Below, one piece after another: positions 13,093 through 27,443 of a stretch of 64,000 nucleotides of DNA. Numbering within the stretch: the first letter of the stretch is position 1; each line of letters starts with the position of its first letter. This DNA is from Octopus sinensis (lineage: Eukaryota): NCBI RefSeq assembly GCF_006345805.1, contig NC_043013.1, positions 52,452,001 through 52,516,000 of the forward strand. The letters run 5' to 3'. The notes under the pieces are model-generated. The model ran no database searches. It was not told the origin of the DNA and saw only the letters and a list, made by a program, of their open reading frames with translations. The translations under genes were made by a program, and so were the position numbers.

Positions 13093-13413
13093 GGCAGTGC
13101 TATATACACGCTGACACACGCTTAACATCTGTTGTACATTTAATGTCATCCGAGTAAAACTTTTTTAATATCGACTTGAAAAATAGTGTGTACTTATTTC
13201 TACTGAGGTACGGTTACACGTTCAGACGCACACTCACACATACACATTTACATACGCGCACACACGTTAACACGTGTTCACGCACTCATAGACAAATACG
13301 TTGACAGCGTTATATACACACACCTTTCTTTACTCACACACTCACACGGTCACACAGATATACACATTCATTCATATGTATATATGTATATCTGAATGCA
13401 TGAATATATATAT

Positions 13414-13462
<49 letters not shown>

Positions 13463-14279
13463 TATATAAATAATATATATATATACATACTTACACATAC
13501 ATATATACAATATACATACGTACATATACATACATATACGTATATACACACACACACACATATAAGAACGTAGACGCATGTATATACTTACCTACATACA
13601 TTTACTCACACACATACACGCATAACATTTTTAATTATCTGACTTCATTCTATCAAGAAGGAACTGGCTTCTAACAAAGAAAAAAAAACTAGCCTCATCA
13701 CTTTATTTGGACAAAAAAAAAATACGATAAGCCCTGTTGGTTGATTCAGCAGAGACATATCATCAGATGTGTTCCAGATGTGGCCATCACCTTTAACCAG
13801 GACTCCATTTTCCAATGCGCCTCTGTGAAGATAGTTGGCGCGATTGGAATAGATTTAGCATCTATTTCTCGATGAAGATGTGACCACATAGAGACTACTT
13901 GCAATGAAGCGTCACGACGAGCCCATTCGTAGGCTCAGCTCAGAATACTTGGCCTCAACGTATGTGGGGCCCTTGTGACGACCGCCTTGGGACATAAATA
14001 CAAAACTAGCGACCCGTGATAAAGAATCTGTCACTCAGGAACCGATGCATCTACGTTCTTTTATTCTGTTATTCTTTCGTTCTTTTACTTGTCTTTAAGA
14101 CATGCTGGGACATCGTCTTGAAGGGCTCAGCCGAACAAATGGACCCGAGGACTTCTTTTTAAGCCAGGCACTTATTCTATCGATTCCTTTTGACGAACCG
14201 CTATACAACAGCGTCGTAAACAAACCAACACCGTTGGTAAAGCAGTGGTGTGAGACAAGTACATATATATATATAATGC

Positions 14280-14320
<41 letters not shown>

Positions 14321-14659
14321 ATTATTATTTGAGGGAAAAAAATCCAAACTTACAAGAAAAAAGGATTTCAATTTAGAAATACCTATTATATACATTATAT
14401 TTTCTTGTAATTACTTAATCTTACTTTTAATTGTATTTTTAATTTTAACTTTTCTATATATGTAATTTTCTAGATGGTGTAATTAATTATTCATTTTGAA
14501 TTGATAAAAGGCGTTTTTTTTCTAATATTATATATTATATACATATATATATATATATATATATAGATATATATATATATATATATATATAAACGAGAAA
14601 AAAGCAACAAGAATGGATTATATATATATATATATTCACACACACAATTTATTCTCAAA

Positions 14660-14767
14660 CTCCAACGCAGGATAATGCTAATAATCTGGCCGCCGACAGA
14701 TTTTTCTGCAATATATGGATAGCTTATCCTGCTCATGCTATATGATTAACATTATCCTGCGTTGGAG
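14660..14767. repeat. Short foldback, 18-bp perfect inverted repeat (MITE-like)
   Basis: CTCCAACGCAGGATAATG (14660-14677) and CATTATCCTGCGTTGGAG (14750-14767). No clear TSD. Confidence 0.8.
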
Positions 14768-14861
14768 GATAAAATTATTTCCTTATCTTTATCTTTCAAT
14801 ACATCTCAACGCTTCTCAAGCAAACTCTGTTGACTTTCATCGTAATTTGAATTTAATATAT

Positions 14862-15042
14862 AGTGGCTATGTGGTAATTAGCTTGCTTACCAACCACATA
14901 GTTCCAGGTTCAGTCCCACTGCGAGGTACCTTGGGTAAGTGTCTTCTACTATAGCCTCGGGCCGACCAAATCCTTGTGAGTGGTTTTGTTAGACGGAAAT
15001 TGAAAGGAGCCCTTCGTATATATGTATATTTATATGTGTATG

Positions 15043-15073
<31 letters not shown>

Positions 15074-15310
15074 TGTGTGTGTGTGTGTGTGTGTGCATTT
15101 GTGTGTCTGTGTTTGTCCCCCACCCAACATCGCTTGACAACTGATGTTGGTGTGTTTACGACCTCGTGACTTAGTGGTTCGGCAAAAGAGACCGATAGAA
15201 TAAGTACTAGGCTTACAAAGAATAGGTCCTATGGTCGATTTGCTCGACTAAAGGCGGTGCTCCAGCATGGCCGCAGTCAAATGACTGAAACAAGTAAAAG
15301 AGTAAAAGAG
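14862..15310 (+). mobile_element. SINE family A, near full-length
   Basis: Matches 19531-19948 across head, ACCTTGGGTAAGT domain, internal (TA)n(TG)n and tail. Confidence 0.9.
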
Positions 15311-15704
15311 TATATATATATATATATATATAATATATATATATATACATGCATATATGGGTACAGGACATCACCAACGGTGCAAATGACATGAAATACA
15401 TAAAGAAACGAGTTAAATACGTAAACAACGAGAAAAAAGGAAATCAGGACAAGTAAAAACAGAGAAAGGACCCTTCAACAGGTGTCGGCTGTCTAACTAC
15501 CCCTCATTTCGAGCATTCAATGACAATATGAATCTTCAAAGACAGTTGCTCCCATAAATTCTAAAATAACATTTAGGATTTAAGGCGGGTCAAAGTTGGG
15601 AACAAAAACGGGACAGTAAAGACATACATGGAAACCGAACAAAAACAAACATGGAGGGTCGTAGACCAGAACGAGAGAAAGGATAGAAGAGAGAGGGAGA
15701 GAGG

Positions 15705-15759
<55 letters not shown>

Positions 15760-16236
15760 AACTCACATACATTAGGCTTCTTTCACGTTCTCTCTATTAA
15801 ATTCGCTCAAAAGGATTTGGTCGGACACTCGCCCGCGGTGCCACGTGGTGAGACGGAACCCGAAACCATGTGCTTGGGAAGCAAACTTCTCACTGCATAT
15901 CTATCCGTACATTCAAACATACATACATATATGTGTGTGTGTGAAAGAGAGAGAGAAAGAGTGAGTGAGACATAGGTGTATATATAGATATACTATATCT
16001 GTTCGCGACTTGGCTATTCTTGCTGAAGAATCTGAGGCCTATGGAAGATTGGCTTGATTTAATTTAATCAGGTTAGTTTACCATAAAAGCAGAGAAACGG
16101 TGCATCGTACAAGAAATTACAGGGTAAATGTTTTTTTAAATTTTCTCCTGTACGGAATTGATTTTATTTGCGGTTGAACTTGCTGTTATTTCTAGGGGTG
16201 AATGGCCTATTATGGCCGTTCCGGGATTGTTGAGTT

Positions 16237-16282
<46 letters not shown>

Positions 16283-16678
16283 TATATGTGTGTGTGTGTA
16301 CCTGATGTATGAGTGTATATATGTGCGCGCAGGTGTGTGTGTGCGCGCGCTTTTGCATATGAACAAAGGCATATATTAATAAGTATTTTATCTGGAAAAA
16401 AAAACCGTTAGAAAAGTGCGAAACAGACACACAGACAGACAGAGAGAAACAAACTGGAAACAATCATTATATACCAGTTTTCATTGTGGGCATGTGTTGT
16501 GAATCTGTCTACCTATCTGTCTGTCTGTCTGTCTGTCTACCTATTTATCTTTCCTCATACGTACTTCCATCCATCCATCCATCCATCCATCCATCCATCC
16601 ATACATACATACATACATACATACTTACATACATACATATATGTCTTTGCTATGTAGATGTTACATCTACTTGTATGC

Positions 16679-16740
<62 letters not shown>

Positions 16741-16890
16741 TTATCGATATATATGCATGTATAGATAAATAAAAAGGGGTTTGTATGATTGTGTATAGGG
16801 GGATATATATTATTCAAAGAAATTCCAACTCTGTTTTTTATGTTTTATTTATATTCTTTATAATATTAATGTAGAATATAGAATATATAG

Positions 16891-16926
<36 letters not shown>

Positions 16927-17090
16927 ATATGAAATGAAGTATTGATTGTCTTATTGAATAGATGAAATGTTGAATATCAAATATCAAGGGACTAGTATAC
17001 TTTCTTGCATTTAAGCAATCTTCAAGGTCTCAGTTTGTGACAAAAGTGTTGGAATTCCTTTGAATAATACACATACATATATATATATAT

Positions 17091-17321
17091 ATTTCTTTAC
17101 TACCCACAAGGGGTTAAACACAGAGGAGACAAACAAGGACAGACAAAGGGATTAAGTCGATTACATCGACCCCAGTGCGTAACTGGTACTTAATTTATCG
17201 ACCTCGGAAGGATGAAAGGCAAAGTCGACCTCGGCGGAATTTGAACTCGGAACGTACGGCAGACGAAATACGGCATGGCATTTCGCCCGGCGTGCTAACG
17301 TTTCTGCCAGCTCGCCGCCTT
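17091..17321 (-). mobile_element. SINE family B (tRNA-derived, Meta-like central domain), well-preserved copy
   Basis: Minus strand: AAGGCGGCGAGCTGGCAGAAACGTTAG (A-box-like), GAGTTCAAATTCC (B-box-like), GAGGTCGACTTTGCCTTTCATCCTTCCGAGGTCGATAAATTAAGTACC (resembles the Meta/Sauria-type SINE domain from memory). Confidence 0.9.
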
Positions 17322-17324
17322 CAT

Positions 17325-17359
<35 letters not shown>

Positions 17360-17362
17360 GAT

Positions 17363-17440
<78 letters not shown>

Positions 17441-17689
17441 CATATATGTATATATTATACATACATACACACACATATATATGTGGTGTGTACAAAAGTA
17501 CACGCTTTGTTGTGCGTGCATGTATGTGTATGTGTGTGTGTGTGTTTGCTCTGTGTATGCATAATTATGCATATATATCGATGCACGTATGGCTTCTTAT
17601 GTATTGTCATATATATGTAGAATTTATATTAAATGTATGTACATACATATATATGTGTGTGTGTGTGTGTATGCATCTATCTATCTATA

Positions 17690-17813
<124 letters not shown>

Positions 17814-18627
17814 ATATCTATATACGCACATACATACGCATACATACACACACTTGGAATACATGAATATGTTTACGTATAGTTATATGCTAGTGTATGC
17901 GCATGTCCATGTGTATACAAATGTGTATATGAGTATATATATATATCTCCCGCCTCTGTGTGTGTATGCACATCCCGCACTGAAGTCTCGTCTAACGGAA
18001 CTACACCCAAACAGACACGGTTCCACTGGGGCCATCTACTGACGGCCGTAAACCAACACTGGCAGTATGTTATTTTGACATGTGGGGAACTATTTGGACA
18101 GGCATCACTTACACTGGAACCGTTGACACCTCGCAACCGCAAATATCTTCTTCAGATTTAAGTTGTAAAAGAATATAATGTACAAAAGAAAACCATTATA
18201 CACACGCTCACGCACACGCACATACATTGTATATACACTTAAAAAGAGACAAAGAACGTGCATATGTCTATATAAAATGTATTTGAGATTCTATGTGTGT
18301 ATATGTGTATATATGTACATATATATATATGTATATACATACATGTGTACACACACATACATACACACACATGCACGCACACACACAATATATATATGTA
18401 TATATGTATATAAATATATATGTGTGTATATATATATATATAATATATATTATATATATACAGTATTTATATATATTAATATATAGATATTATATTGTGT
18501 GTGTGTGTGTGTGTATATATGTATGCATATATATGTATATATGTGTTTATGTTTATATATGCGTATGTATATATATGTATATATATACATATATATATAT
18601 TTGTATATATATAAGTTAATATATATG

Positions 18628-18676
<49 letters not shown>

Positions 18677-19199
18677 GTATATATGTATATATATATATAT
18701 ATGCACACATACACTCACATAAATGTTTATAACCATGTTAGGCATAAATAAAAAAAAAGTTTTTAAACCTTTAAAGAAGGAAAGATTGTGAACGGAAGGG
18801 CTTTTTGCGGGGTAGGAGCGGTGTCCTTAGGGTACTGGAATTAGGGGGTTGGGTCTAGGGGCTTGGGGCAAGTAGGAAACGACTACAATTATTAGATGTC
18901 ATTAGCAACAATTTGGCACCATGAGATTTAAAGACTTATTCATTGTTGGGGTAATTCTTCAGAACTAACAACAATAACATGGGGATGATGGGTAAATAGG
19001 GGTCACCAGACAGTCGATTGTTCTGGTAGAAATGGCAGCTAAATGTTCCTTCGATCAAACCGTTTTGTTTTAAAAATGAAGGCATATTGAATAATTTAGG
19101 CTGAGGTATATTAATTCTGGAAAAAAAAAAAACTGGTGGGGTTGTCATGGGCGGATTGTCTTTCAGCATGGGTCTGCTTGAACGCAATTGTAGTTGAGC

Positions 19200-19404
19200 C
19201 TAGACAAGAAGAAGAAGAAGAAGAAGAACAACAACAACAACAGCAACGACGACGATGGCGACGACGATGGCGACGACGACGATGGCGACGACGACGTCGA
19301 CATCAACAACAGCGAAAACGACAAGAACAACAGCAACAACAACATTCACAACAGAAACGACGACTACAGTAACAGCGTCGACGTCAACAAGAGCAACATC
19401 ACCC

Positions 19405-19445
<41 letters not shown>

Positions 19446-19530
19446 GTCATCGCCATCACCATAATCATCATCATCATCATCAATCATCATCATCATCATC
19501 ATCATCATAACATCATATCATCATCATCAT
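19200..19530. repeat. Compound trinucleotide microsatellite (GAA/CAA/CGA/CAT)
   Basis: Direct reading. Source of the poly-D/N/I/H ORFs. Confidence 0.9.
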
Positions 19531-19948
19531 AGGCGCAGGATTGGCTGTGTGGTAAGTAGCTTGTTTACCAACCACATGGTTCCGGGTTCAGTCCCACTGC
19601 GTGGCACCTTGGGCAAGTGTCTTCTACTATAGCCTCGGGCCGACCAATGCCTTGTGAGTGGTTTTGGTAGACGGAAACTGAAAGAAGCCCGTCGTATATA
19701 TGTATATATATATATAATATGTGTGTGTGTGTATGTGTGCCTGTGTTTGTCCCCCTAGCATTGCTTGACAACCGATGCTGGTGTGTTTATGTCCCCGTTA
19801 CCTAGCGGTTCGGCAAAGAGACCGATAGAATAAGTACTGGGCTTACAAAAGAATAAGTCCCGGGGTCGAGTTGCTCGATTAAAGGCGGTGCTCCAGCATG
19901 GCCGCAGTCAAATGACTGAAACAAGTAAAAGAGTAAGGAGTAAATGAG
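19531..19948 (+). mobile_element. SINE family A, full-length reference copy, inserted in (CAT)n
   Basis: GGCGCAGGATTGGCTGTGTGGTAAG (A box), GGGTTCAGTCCC (B-box-like), GCACCTTGGGCAAGTG (CORE-like), internal (TA)(TG) microsatellite, 3' module ending TGACTGAAACAAGTAAAAGAG. (CAT)n on both flanks. Confidence 0.92.
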
Positions 19949-19993
19949 TATCATCATCATAACATCACGATCATCATCATCGTCATCATCACG

Positions 19994-20033
<40 letters not shown>

Positions 20034-20339
20034 ACATCAACATCAACATCACCACCACCATCATCATCTTCATCATCATCATCATCAGCAGCAGTAGCTA
20101 CAAAACCAACAACATACGCCTAGAGACGTTTCCGCATGCGGGCTTCAGCAATAAACTAGACCTACACTCTTTCCTCTTCTGGTATTTTCGACACAAGCAT
20201 GGCTGTATAGTAAGCTTTACAACTACACACACAAACGCGCACACACACACACGCGCACACACACACACGCGCACACACACACACACGCGCACACACACAC
20301 ACACGCGCGCACACACACATACATGCCAAAGAACCTCCG

Positions 20340-20592
20340 AAAGCTATAATACCAATGTCTAAGTTTTGGCCAGGCCTAATTATGTTACCTATGAAGAAAC
20401 CTAAACTAAATACCGAAAGCAAGCGATTTCCACTTAAAAAGAATGAAGGACGACTCCGAATAGTGAGATTAAGAGATAAAAGTCCACAAACAAGCATAAC
20501 ATGTATTCCCATCATCAGACGTCAAACGGATATCACTATGATTTCGACACCTGGGCAGCGCCATTCAATCCAGCGATCTCAACAGCGTTAAA
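20340..20592. mobile_element. Unclassified interspersed repeat fragment (copy 1)
   Basis: About 105 bp align by eye to 24290-24400 (CCCATCATCAG..GATATCAC..TTTCG..ATTCAATCC..TCAACAGC.TTAAA). Confidence 0.6.
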
Positions 20593-20774
20593 GCACACAC
20601 ACACTGTATGGTTTTCTGCTATTTTTTGCCAAAATCATTTAGAAAATGGCTTGTTCTCTTCACTATAAACATAATTTTTTATTATTTAACATTTCTTTGT
20701 TAACTACACACACACACGCACACACATACACACACACACACCACACGTACATTCACGCATAAACATATATACAA

Positions 20775-20805
<31 letters not shown>

Positions 20806-21225
20806 AACGTTTACACTTTACTGTTAAGTTTTCCCGCAGCAGGCGCACCTGAGTGTTCCACCCATCCCCGTCATAAATATTTATGAATAGATAATATTAT
20901 ATTTCAACATCCCTTAACATCGCTTCCTTGAAACAGTTCTTGCTAAACGTTCTTTGTTCTCTGAATAGAAGCTACGCCGAAGATTTCACGCTTGTAGTCA
21001 AACCGTTAGTACTTCTCTCTCTCTTTCTTTTTCTCTCTCTTTCTCTCTCTCTCTGTCTCTCTCTCACTAACTCTTTCTCTCACTTTCTATTTTTCTTCAC
21101 ACTTTCTTTTTTCTTGTTTCTCTCTTCCTTTTCCTTCTCTCTTTCATTATACATGTATGTATGTATGTATGTATGTATCTGTCTGTCTGTCTTTATCTCC
21201 CTCCCTCCCTCCCTCACTCTCTATC

Positions 21226-21286
<61 letters not shown>

Positions 21287-21438
21287 GTCTCTGTCTGTCT
21301 GTTTATTTGTCTGTCTGTCTCTCTCTGTCTCTCCCCTTCCCTCTCTGCCTGTATGTTTGTCTGTCTATCTGTCTGTCTGTCTGTCTGCCCGTCTCTCTCT
21401 CTCTCTCTCTCTCCTCTCCTCTCTCTCTCTCTCTGTAA

Positions 21439-21491
<53 letters not shown>

Positions 21492-21600
21492 ATTTCTATT
21501 CTATTTTTGTCTGTCTATATTTGCTCGTATCTCAGTTTCACTCCCTTTCTTTCTGTTTAATTAAAAATAATTAACTTTCTTCTTTTACCTTCTTTGCCTT

Positions 21601-21655
<55 letters not shown>

Positions 21656-21947
21656 GAAACATACATACATACGTACACACACACGTATATATATATATAT
21701 ATATAATATATGTATGTATGTATGTGTGTGCGTGTTTTGCATTTCAAATTTTCTCCCTAAAACACTTTTTCTATTTCCCCTCTCTTTGCCCCCTTTTCCA
21801 TCATCCTGCCAATGAAGACCTGGGGCCTAGTGTCTAGACAGTTAGAAGCCCTCCACCCCACCCCATACTGATGACTGTAGGTAATTCTTCAACAACGACT
21901 TTATATTGTATTATGGTCCCGTCGAGCTTTCAATTGGCCGTAACAAA

Positions 21948-21989
<42 letters not shown>

Positions 21990-23004
21990 ACAGCGCGGCA
22001 GTTTGGCATAATCGGTGGAGCATCGAACAAAATGGCAGCGATTTGGCAGATTAGTAGTGTGACGGATAAAAAAGCCTTGTGGTGCTTAGTTAAGTCCCTG
22101 CTGAGGTCAGCTTTGCCAGTAATTCTTCCGGGTTCGATGACAAACAGTTCGAATTCCATCGAAGTTAACTTTGCCTTTCAGTCCTCCGAGACTGATGCAA
22201 TAAAATACGAGTCAAGTTGTGGATTCGATGCTATCAACCAGCACCCGCCCCGCAAATCTACTGGACCTGTACTGGAGTCGATACATAGCTAGCTATGCCC
22301 CTCTCCTCAAACTTCAGGACACCTTAAAGATAGTGTATTTGGTTAGCAGACTTGTTAGAGTGTTGGACTGGATGTTTTGCGTTTTTTTTTTGTTTTTTTT
22401 TTGTTCCGATGCTTTACGTTTTGATTTCAAATCCCGGTGGGTTCAAACTCCACTTTCGTCCCTTCGAGATCAACAAACTCTCCGGTCAAGATAAGGGTCA
22501 ATGCACTCAATTAGTAAGCACCCCTCAAAATTACTGGTTTCCAACGTAAATTAGAAACCTATACAGAAGGTGTCGAGCAGGCAAAATCGTTAGCGCTCCG
22601 GACAAAATTCTTAGCGGCATTTCGTCCGTCTTTACATTCTGAATTCAAATACTGACCGTTTTTAAGTCGTTGTGGAAACGCGCCCTACGTCGCAAATAGA
22701 CATGATAGTATTGTATAAATTTCATAATTGAAAAATTTACTATATTTTGTACATACGAGTATGTCAGCCTGCGGGCGCAATAAAATGTGTTCGCAGGCGG
22801 GGGTTCCAATGATCCATGCCCTGACTCCTTCCACTGTATTCAGCCTCATACTAAAATGCACTATTCTAATGTACAAAGCAATCTTTACATTCTGAGTTCG
22901 ATTCCCGCCAAGGTCAAATTTGCCATTTATTTGTTGACGAAATTAAGAAGCAGTCGACAATTGCCTTCTCTCAAAATACGAAGCTGTGTATCTGAGAAAT
23001 AATG

Positions 23005-23056
<52 letters not shown>

Positions 23057-23352
23057 TAACAATAACAACAACAATATAATGAGGATGACGACGATGACGA
23101 TGGTAATGATGATGAGGATGATGGCAATGATGATTAATGAAGTTGATTACTACTGTTGCTGTTTAACCTCGGGTCATCTCTGATCGAATGGGCCAAGGAT
23201 AAAAGGCGTCCCTTCCATGATCAGTATAAGTACATAAGCGCAAATTGAGACATGACCTTTCTTTCGATATACATACATATACACAGACATGCATACATAT
23301 GTATATGTATATTCATACACACACACACACACATATATATATATACATGTAT

Positions 23353-23390
<38 letters not shown>

Positions 23391-23417
23391 GCATGTCTAT
23401 TTACACACACATGCACA

Positions 23418-23462
<45 letters not shown>

Positions 23463-24229
23463 TTACAACACTACAATTCCAGCCATCATCACTATCACTA
23501 CTATCGCAAATATCAATAGACAACCACCACTACCACCACCACCACTGCTACTACTAGCTTCTCCATTCTCAGATTGAAGCGTTTAATTTGTTCTACATCT
23601 GCCAAACCAGTTCCTCCATACCTTCACACGAATTCTTCCTTTTCACATCTTCATTCCTTACAGCTTTCTCTAAACGCACTCTCACAGCATTCGTTTTTGT
23701 ATTATTCTGTGATACTGCACTCTTGTATGGAATATACGTACATGATGCTGTCGCTCTTGCTATACTTGACGTTGTTGTTTAGTGTCTGTCTTAAACCGTC
23801 ACCTAATAAATCATTGACCAAAGGTATTCCAGCTATGATTATTTGACCATTCTACTTCAAAGAATTTTAAAATTATTATTCAGCCTTTGTGTGTCTTGGA
23901 CTACATTCCCTAATGTAAAGGTACATAACCAATGACCACAGGGTACGCTTCCATTTCCACCAGTACGTTCTCATTTTGTCCGCCACTGAACGAATGTAAA
24001 GAAAGTACTCTCTCCTTCCCTCTCTTTTTCACCTTGCAAAGCCTTCGTCGGCAAATGTTAATCATTTATGTATTTACGTATACGTTACATAATCTACTCC
24101 AAACTAGAAACCATCAATTATTATCCTCGCATAATAAGATTATCAATGAAACTAACCACACACTATCGACATATTTAACAATACAAAGAACAAGATCACT
24201 ATATCCATGAACCCTCTAACAAGTTCAAC

Positions 24230-24420
24230 CTCACGAGAATAGAAGACAACTGAGGAAAACGAAATTTCAGAGTACAAAAGATTCACAGATAGCAAGCATA
24301 TCAAACATATACTCCCATCATCAGCTGCCTCATAGATATCACCCTGGTTTCGTTACCTCGACAGGACTATTCAATCCGGCGGTGTCAACAGCATTAAAAA
24401 TATAAACGGTATCTGGAAAC
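24230..24420. mobile_element. Unclassified interspersed repeat fragment (copy 2)
   Basis: Homologous to 20490-20592, same orientation. Confidence 0.6.
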
Positions 24421-25219
24421 CAATAGACATGCAGTAGGAGCGAATGATTAGCATAATATATCCATCACATCTCTGCCCCTGTTTATTGCAAATACCAACA
24501 TCGTATATGAACAAAATCGTGTTAAACCTATAACTTCAAAGTACAGTAATTAATACCTGGTTTCTAAAAAAAAACAATAAGAAATAACTCCAAACAAAGG
24601 ACATTACTATCTCAAAAACTATAGAACAAAATGGAATTAGCGAATCAAACCAGTGATGTTGCAGCCATTTTTGTGAAAGCGGAAACTGCCCGAGGAGAAA
24701 CAGCGAAGAACTTTGTCCGACGCTCTAACGATTCGACGCCCTGCATTGGTACTTTATTGACGCTCCTGGAAAGATAAAATGTAAACTTGGCCTGGGCTGG
24801 ACTTGAAGTCAAAGTGCAGAAAGTGTCTCGAAGAATTTTGTTCCACTCTCTGCCAACTCGCCACCATTCATTAATACTTTATTGACTCCCCAAAATGATA
24901 AAAAAAATAGAAAAACCGAAGTCGACCTGGGTGGGACTCGAACTCAGAACATTGAGAAATTCTATTCAATGCCTTTAATGTCTCTGCCACTTCTCTGCCC
25001 TATTGCTGCTGTATTTTCTTTGTGACTATTTACTCTAAAAGCCAATATTGCCGCGATGTATTAACTAAACATATTTATCAACACACTCCATTAATGAAAC
25101 ACAATGAAAGAAGTGAAATATCTGTTGACCTTTGACATGAAATGTCATTATAGGTCAATAGGGTCTAACATTGTCGCTTTATTCAAGTTTAATGAAGTTT
25201 ATTGTATCCTAGCAACGGT

Positions 25220-25531
25220 TCTCTTGCAGAGATTATTATTATTATTATTATTATTGTTATTATTGTTATTATTGTTATTATTGTTATTATTATTATTATA
25301 TTATTATTATTATTATATTATTGTTATATTGTTATTATTGTTATTATTATTATTATTATTATATTATTATTATTATTATTGTTATATTGTTATTATTATT
25401 ATTGTTATTATTATTATATTATTATTATTATTATTATATTATTATTATTATTATTGTTATTATGTTATTATTGTTATTATTATTATTATTATTATTTATT
25501 ATTATTATTGTTATTATTATTATTATTGTTA

Positions 25532-25574
<43 letters not shown>

Positions 25575-25575
25575 G
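25220..25575. repeat. (TTA/TTG)n microsatellite array
   Basis: Direct reading. Confidence 0.95.
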
Positions 25576-26144
25576 TAGTAGTAGTAGTAGTATAAAACCT
25601 CATTCCATCTCGCTTTCATTTGCTTAAGTTGTTGTCATTGCTGCTGCTACTGCTGTTGCTGCTACCGCTGCTGCTACCGCTGCTGCTACCGCTGCTGCTA
25701 CCGCTGCTGCTGCAACAGCTGATGCTTTACTACTACTGCTGCTTCTACTGCTGCTGCAGCTGCTACAGTTGCCGCTACTGCTGCTGCTGCTGTTCATTAC
25801 ATGTCGCTTTAATTTATCTGACCAAGTTGTTGTCGTTGTTGCTGCTTTTGTTGTTGGGTTTGCCGTTGCTGCTGTTGTTGCTATTATTGTTGTTGCTGCT
25901 GCTGTAGTTATTTCTGCTCCTGCTCTCCTGCTGCTGTTCTTATTGCCGTCAGCCCTGACTGTACGGGCCTGTGCAAAAAGACAATCCAACTATGACCTTC
26001 CAGCATTTTGCCATGTCTAGAACTGTAGCATCCCGCACGTTCCTTTTTATAACAAGGGTTTACCGGCGACACAGAAGCCATCTGGCGGCGTCGACGTCGT
26101 TGCAGTCATTGCTGTTGTTGTTGATGATGGTGATGGTTCATGAC

Positions 26145-26184
<40 letters not shown>

Positions 26185-26232
26185 TCTTTGTTCATACTGA
26201 TGATGGTAATAACGATGATAGTGGCGTTTCGA

Positions 26233-26264
<32 letters not shown>

Positions 26265-27299
26265 TACATAGACGGGCTTCTTTCAGTTTCCGTCTACCAA
26301 ATCCACTCACAAAGCTTTGGTCGGCCCGAGTAGCAGTGTTACGTAGTGGGACTGAACTCCGCACTATGTGGCTGGGAAGCAAACATCTAACCGCACATCC
26401 ACGCCTGCACAAAGTAAACACCGCCAAGTTGCGATGAGGAATTTAAAGACGTGGTACAATCGTTGTGGTTGTTGTAGTTGTTGTTTTTAGCGTTCTTACT
26501 GTTGTCGTTGTTGTTAGTATTCTTGTTCATTTTTCGTTGTCATCATTTGCATTATTGCTGTTGTTGTTATTGTTGATATTCTGTTGGCATTGTTTTTATA
26601 GTGTGTTGGTTTTGTTGCGGTTGTTGTGAATGTTAGTGCTGTTGTTATGCGTGTGGTGTGTGTGTGTGTGTGTGTGGTGTGTGCGTGCGTGCGCGTTTGT
26701 GTGCACGTGTCTGTGCATTTGTGTGTATGTGTGCATGTGTCTGTGTATGTGTTTGTTTGTATATGTGTGTTTCTTTGCGTTTGTGTTTGTCCCCCACTAC
26801 CGCTTGACAACTGGTGTCGGTGTGTTTACGTTCCCGTAACTTAACAGTCCGGCAAAAGAGATTGATAAGATAAGTAACCGGCTTGAAAAAAAAAAGAAAA
26901 ACCAGCATTGGGGTCGATTCATTCAACTAAAAATTCTTCAAGGCGGTGCCCCAGCATGGCCGCAGTGTTATGATTGACTCAAAAGATTCTCTCTTGCTTT
27001 TTAGCTCCGTTTCTTCAGAAGTCGATGCCGCCATTATAAATGCTGTTGTTGCGTTCATTGTTTTTTTCTTCTTTTCTTAGTGTTTGTTGCTGATGTTGTT
27101 GTCTTTCTTATTGCCGCCAATATATTACTAACAGTTACTGAGCCCCCACCCGACCCCCTCCTGCTGCCCATCACCGATGATAAATTCACTGGAATTGATT
27201 GCATTCCTCGCTTCACCGTTCCCTACTCGAATCAGTGTCTTCACTCCCCACCAGCCTCACCAACACTACCGCCTCTACCACCACCGGCGTTAGCATTAC

Positions 27300-27411
27300 C
27301 AAAAGCCGCTACCACCACCGCCTGAGCTGCGGCTGCTTCATCAACCAACACCTCGACCACCACTGCAGCTAGCACCAATACCACTACACCACCACCACCA
27401 CCACCAAAACT

Positions 27412-27443
<32 letters not shown>

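Noticed and set aside
19531-19610. tRNA genes at SINE heads
   Set aside because: A/B boxes are present, but there is no complete cloverleaf and each continues into a SINE body.
20490-20560. Type II hammerhead reading of the minus-strand GAAA...CTGATGA in the repeat pair
   Set aside because: Helix I and II pairings fail in both copies.
23560-24050. Unique SSR-free segment with open frames and plausible splice sites on both strands
   Set aside because: No recognisable homology, and candidates conflict between strands.
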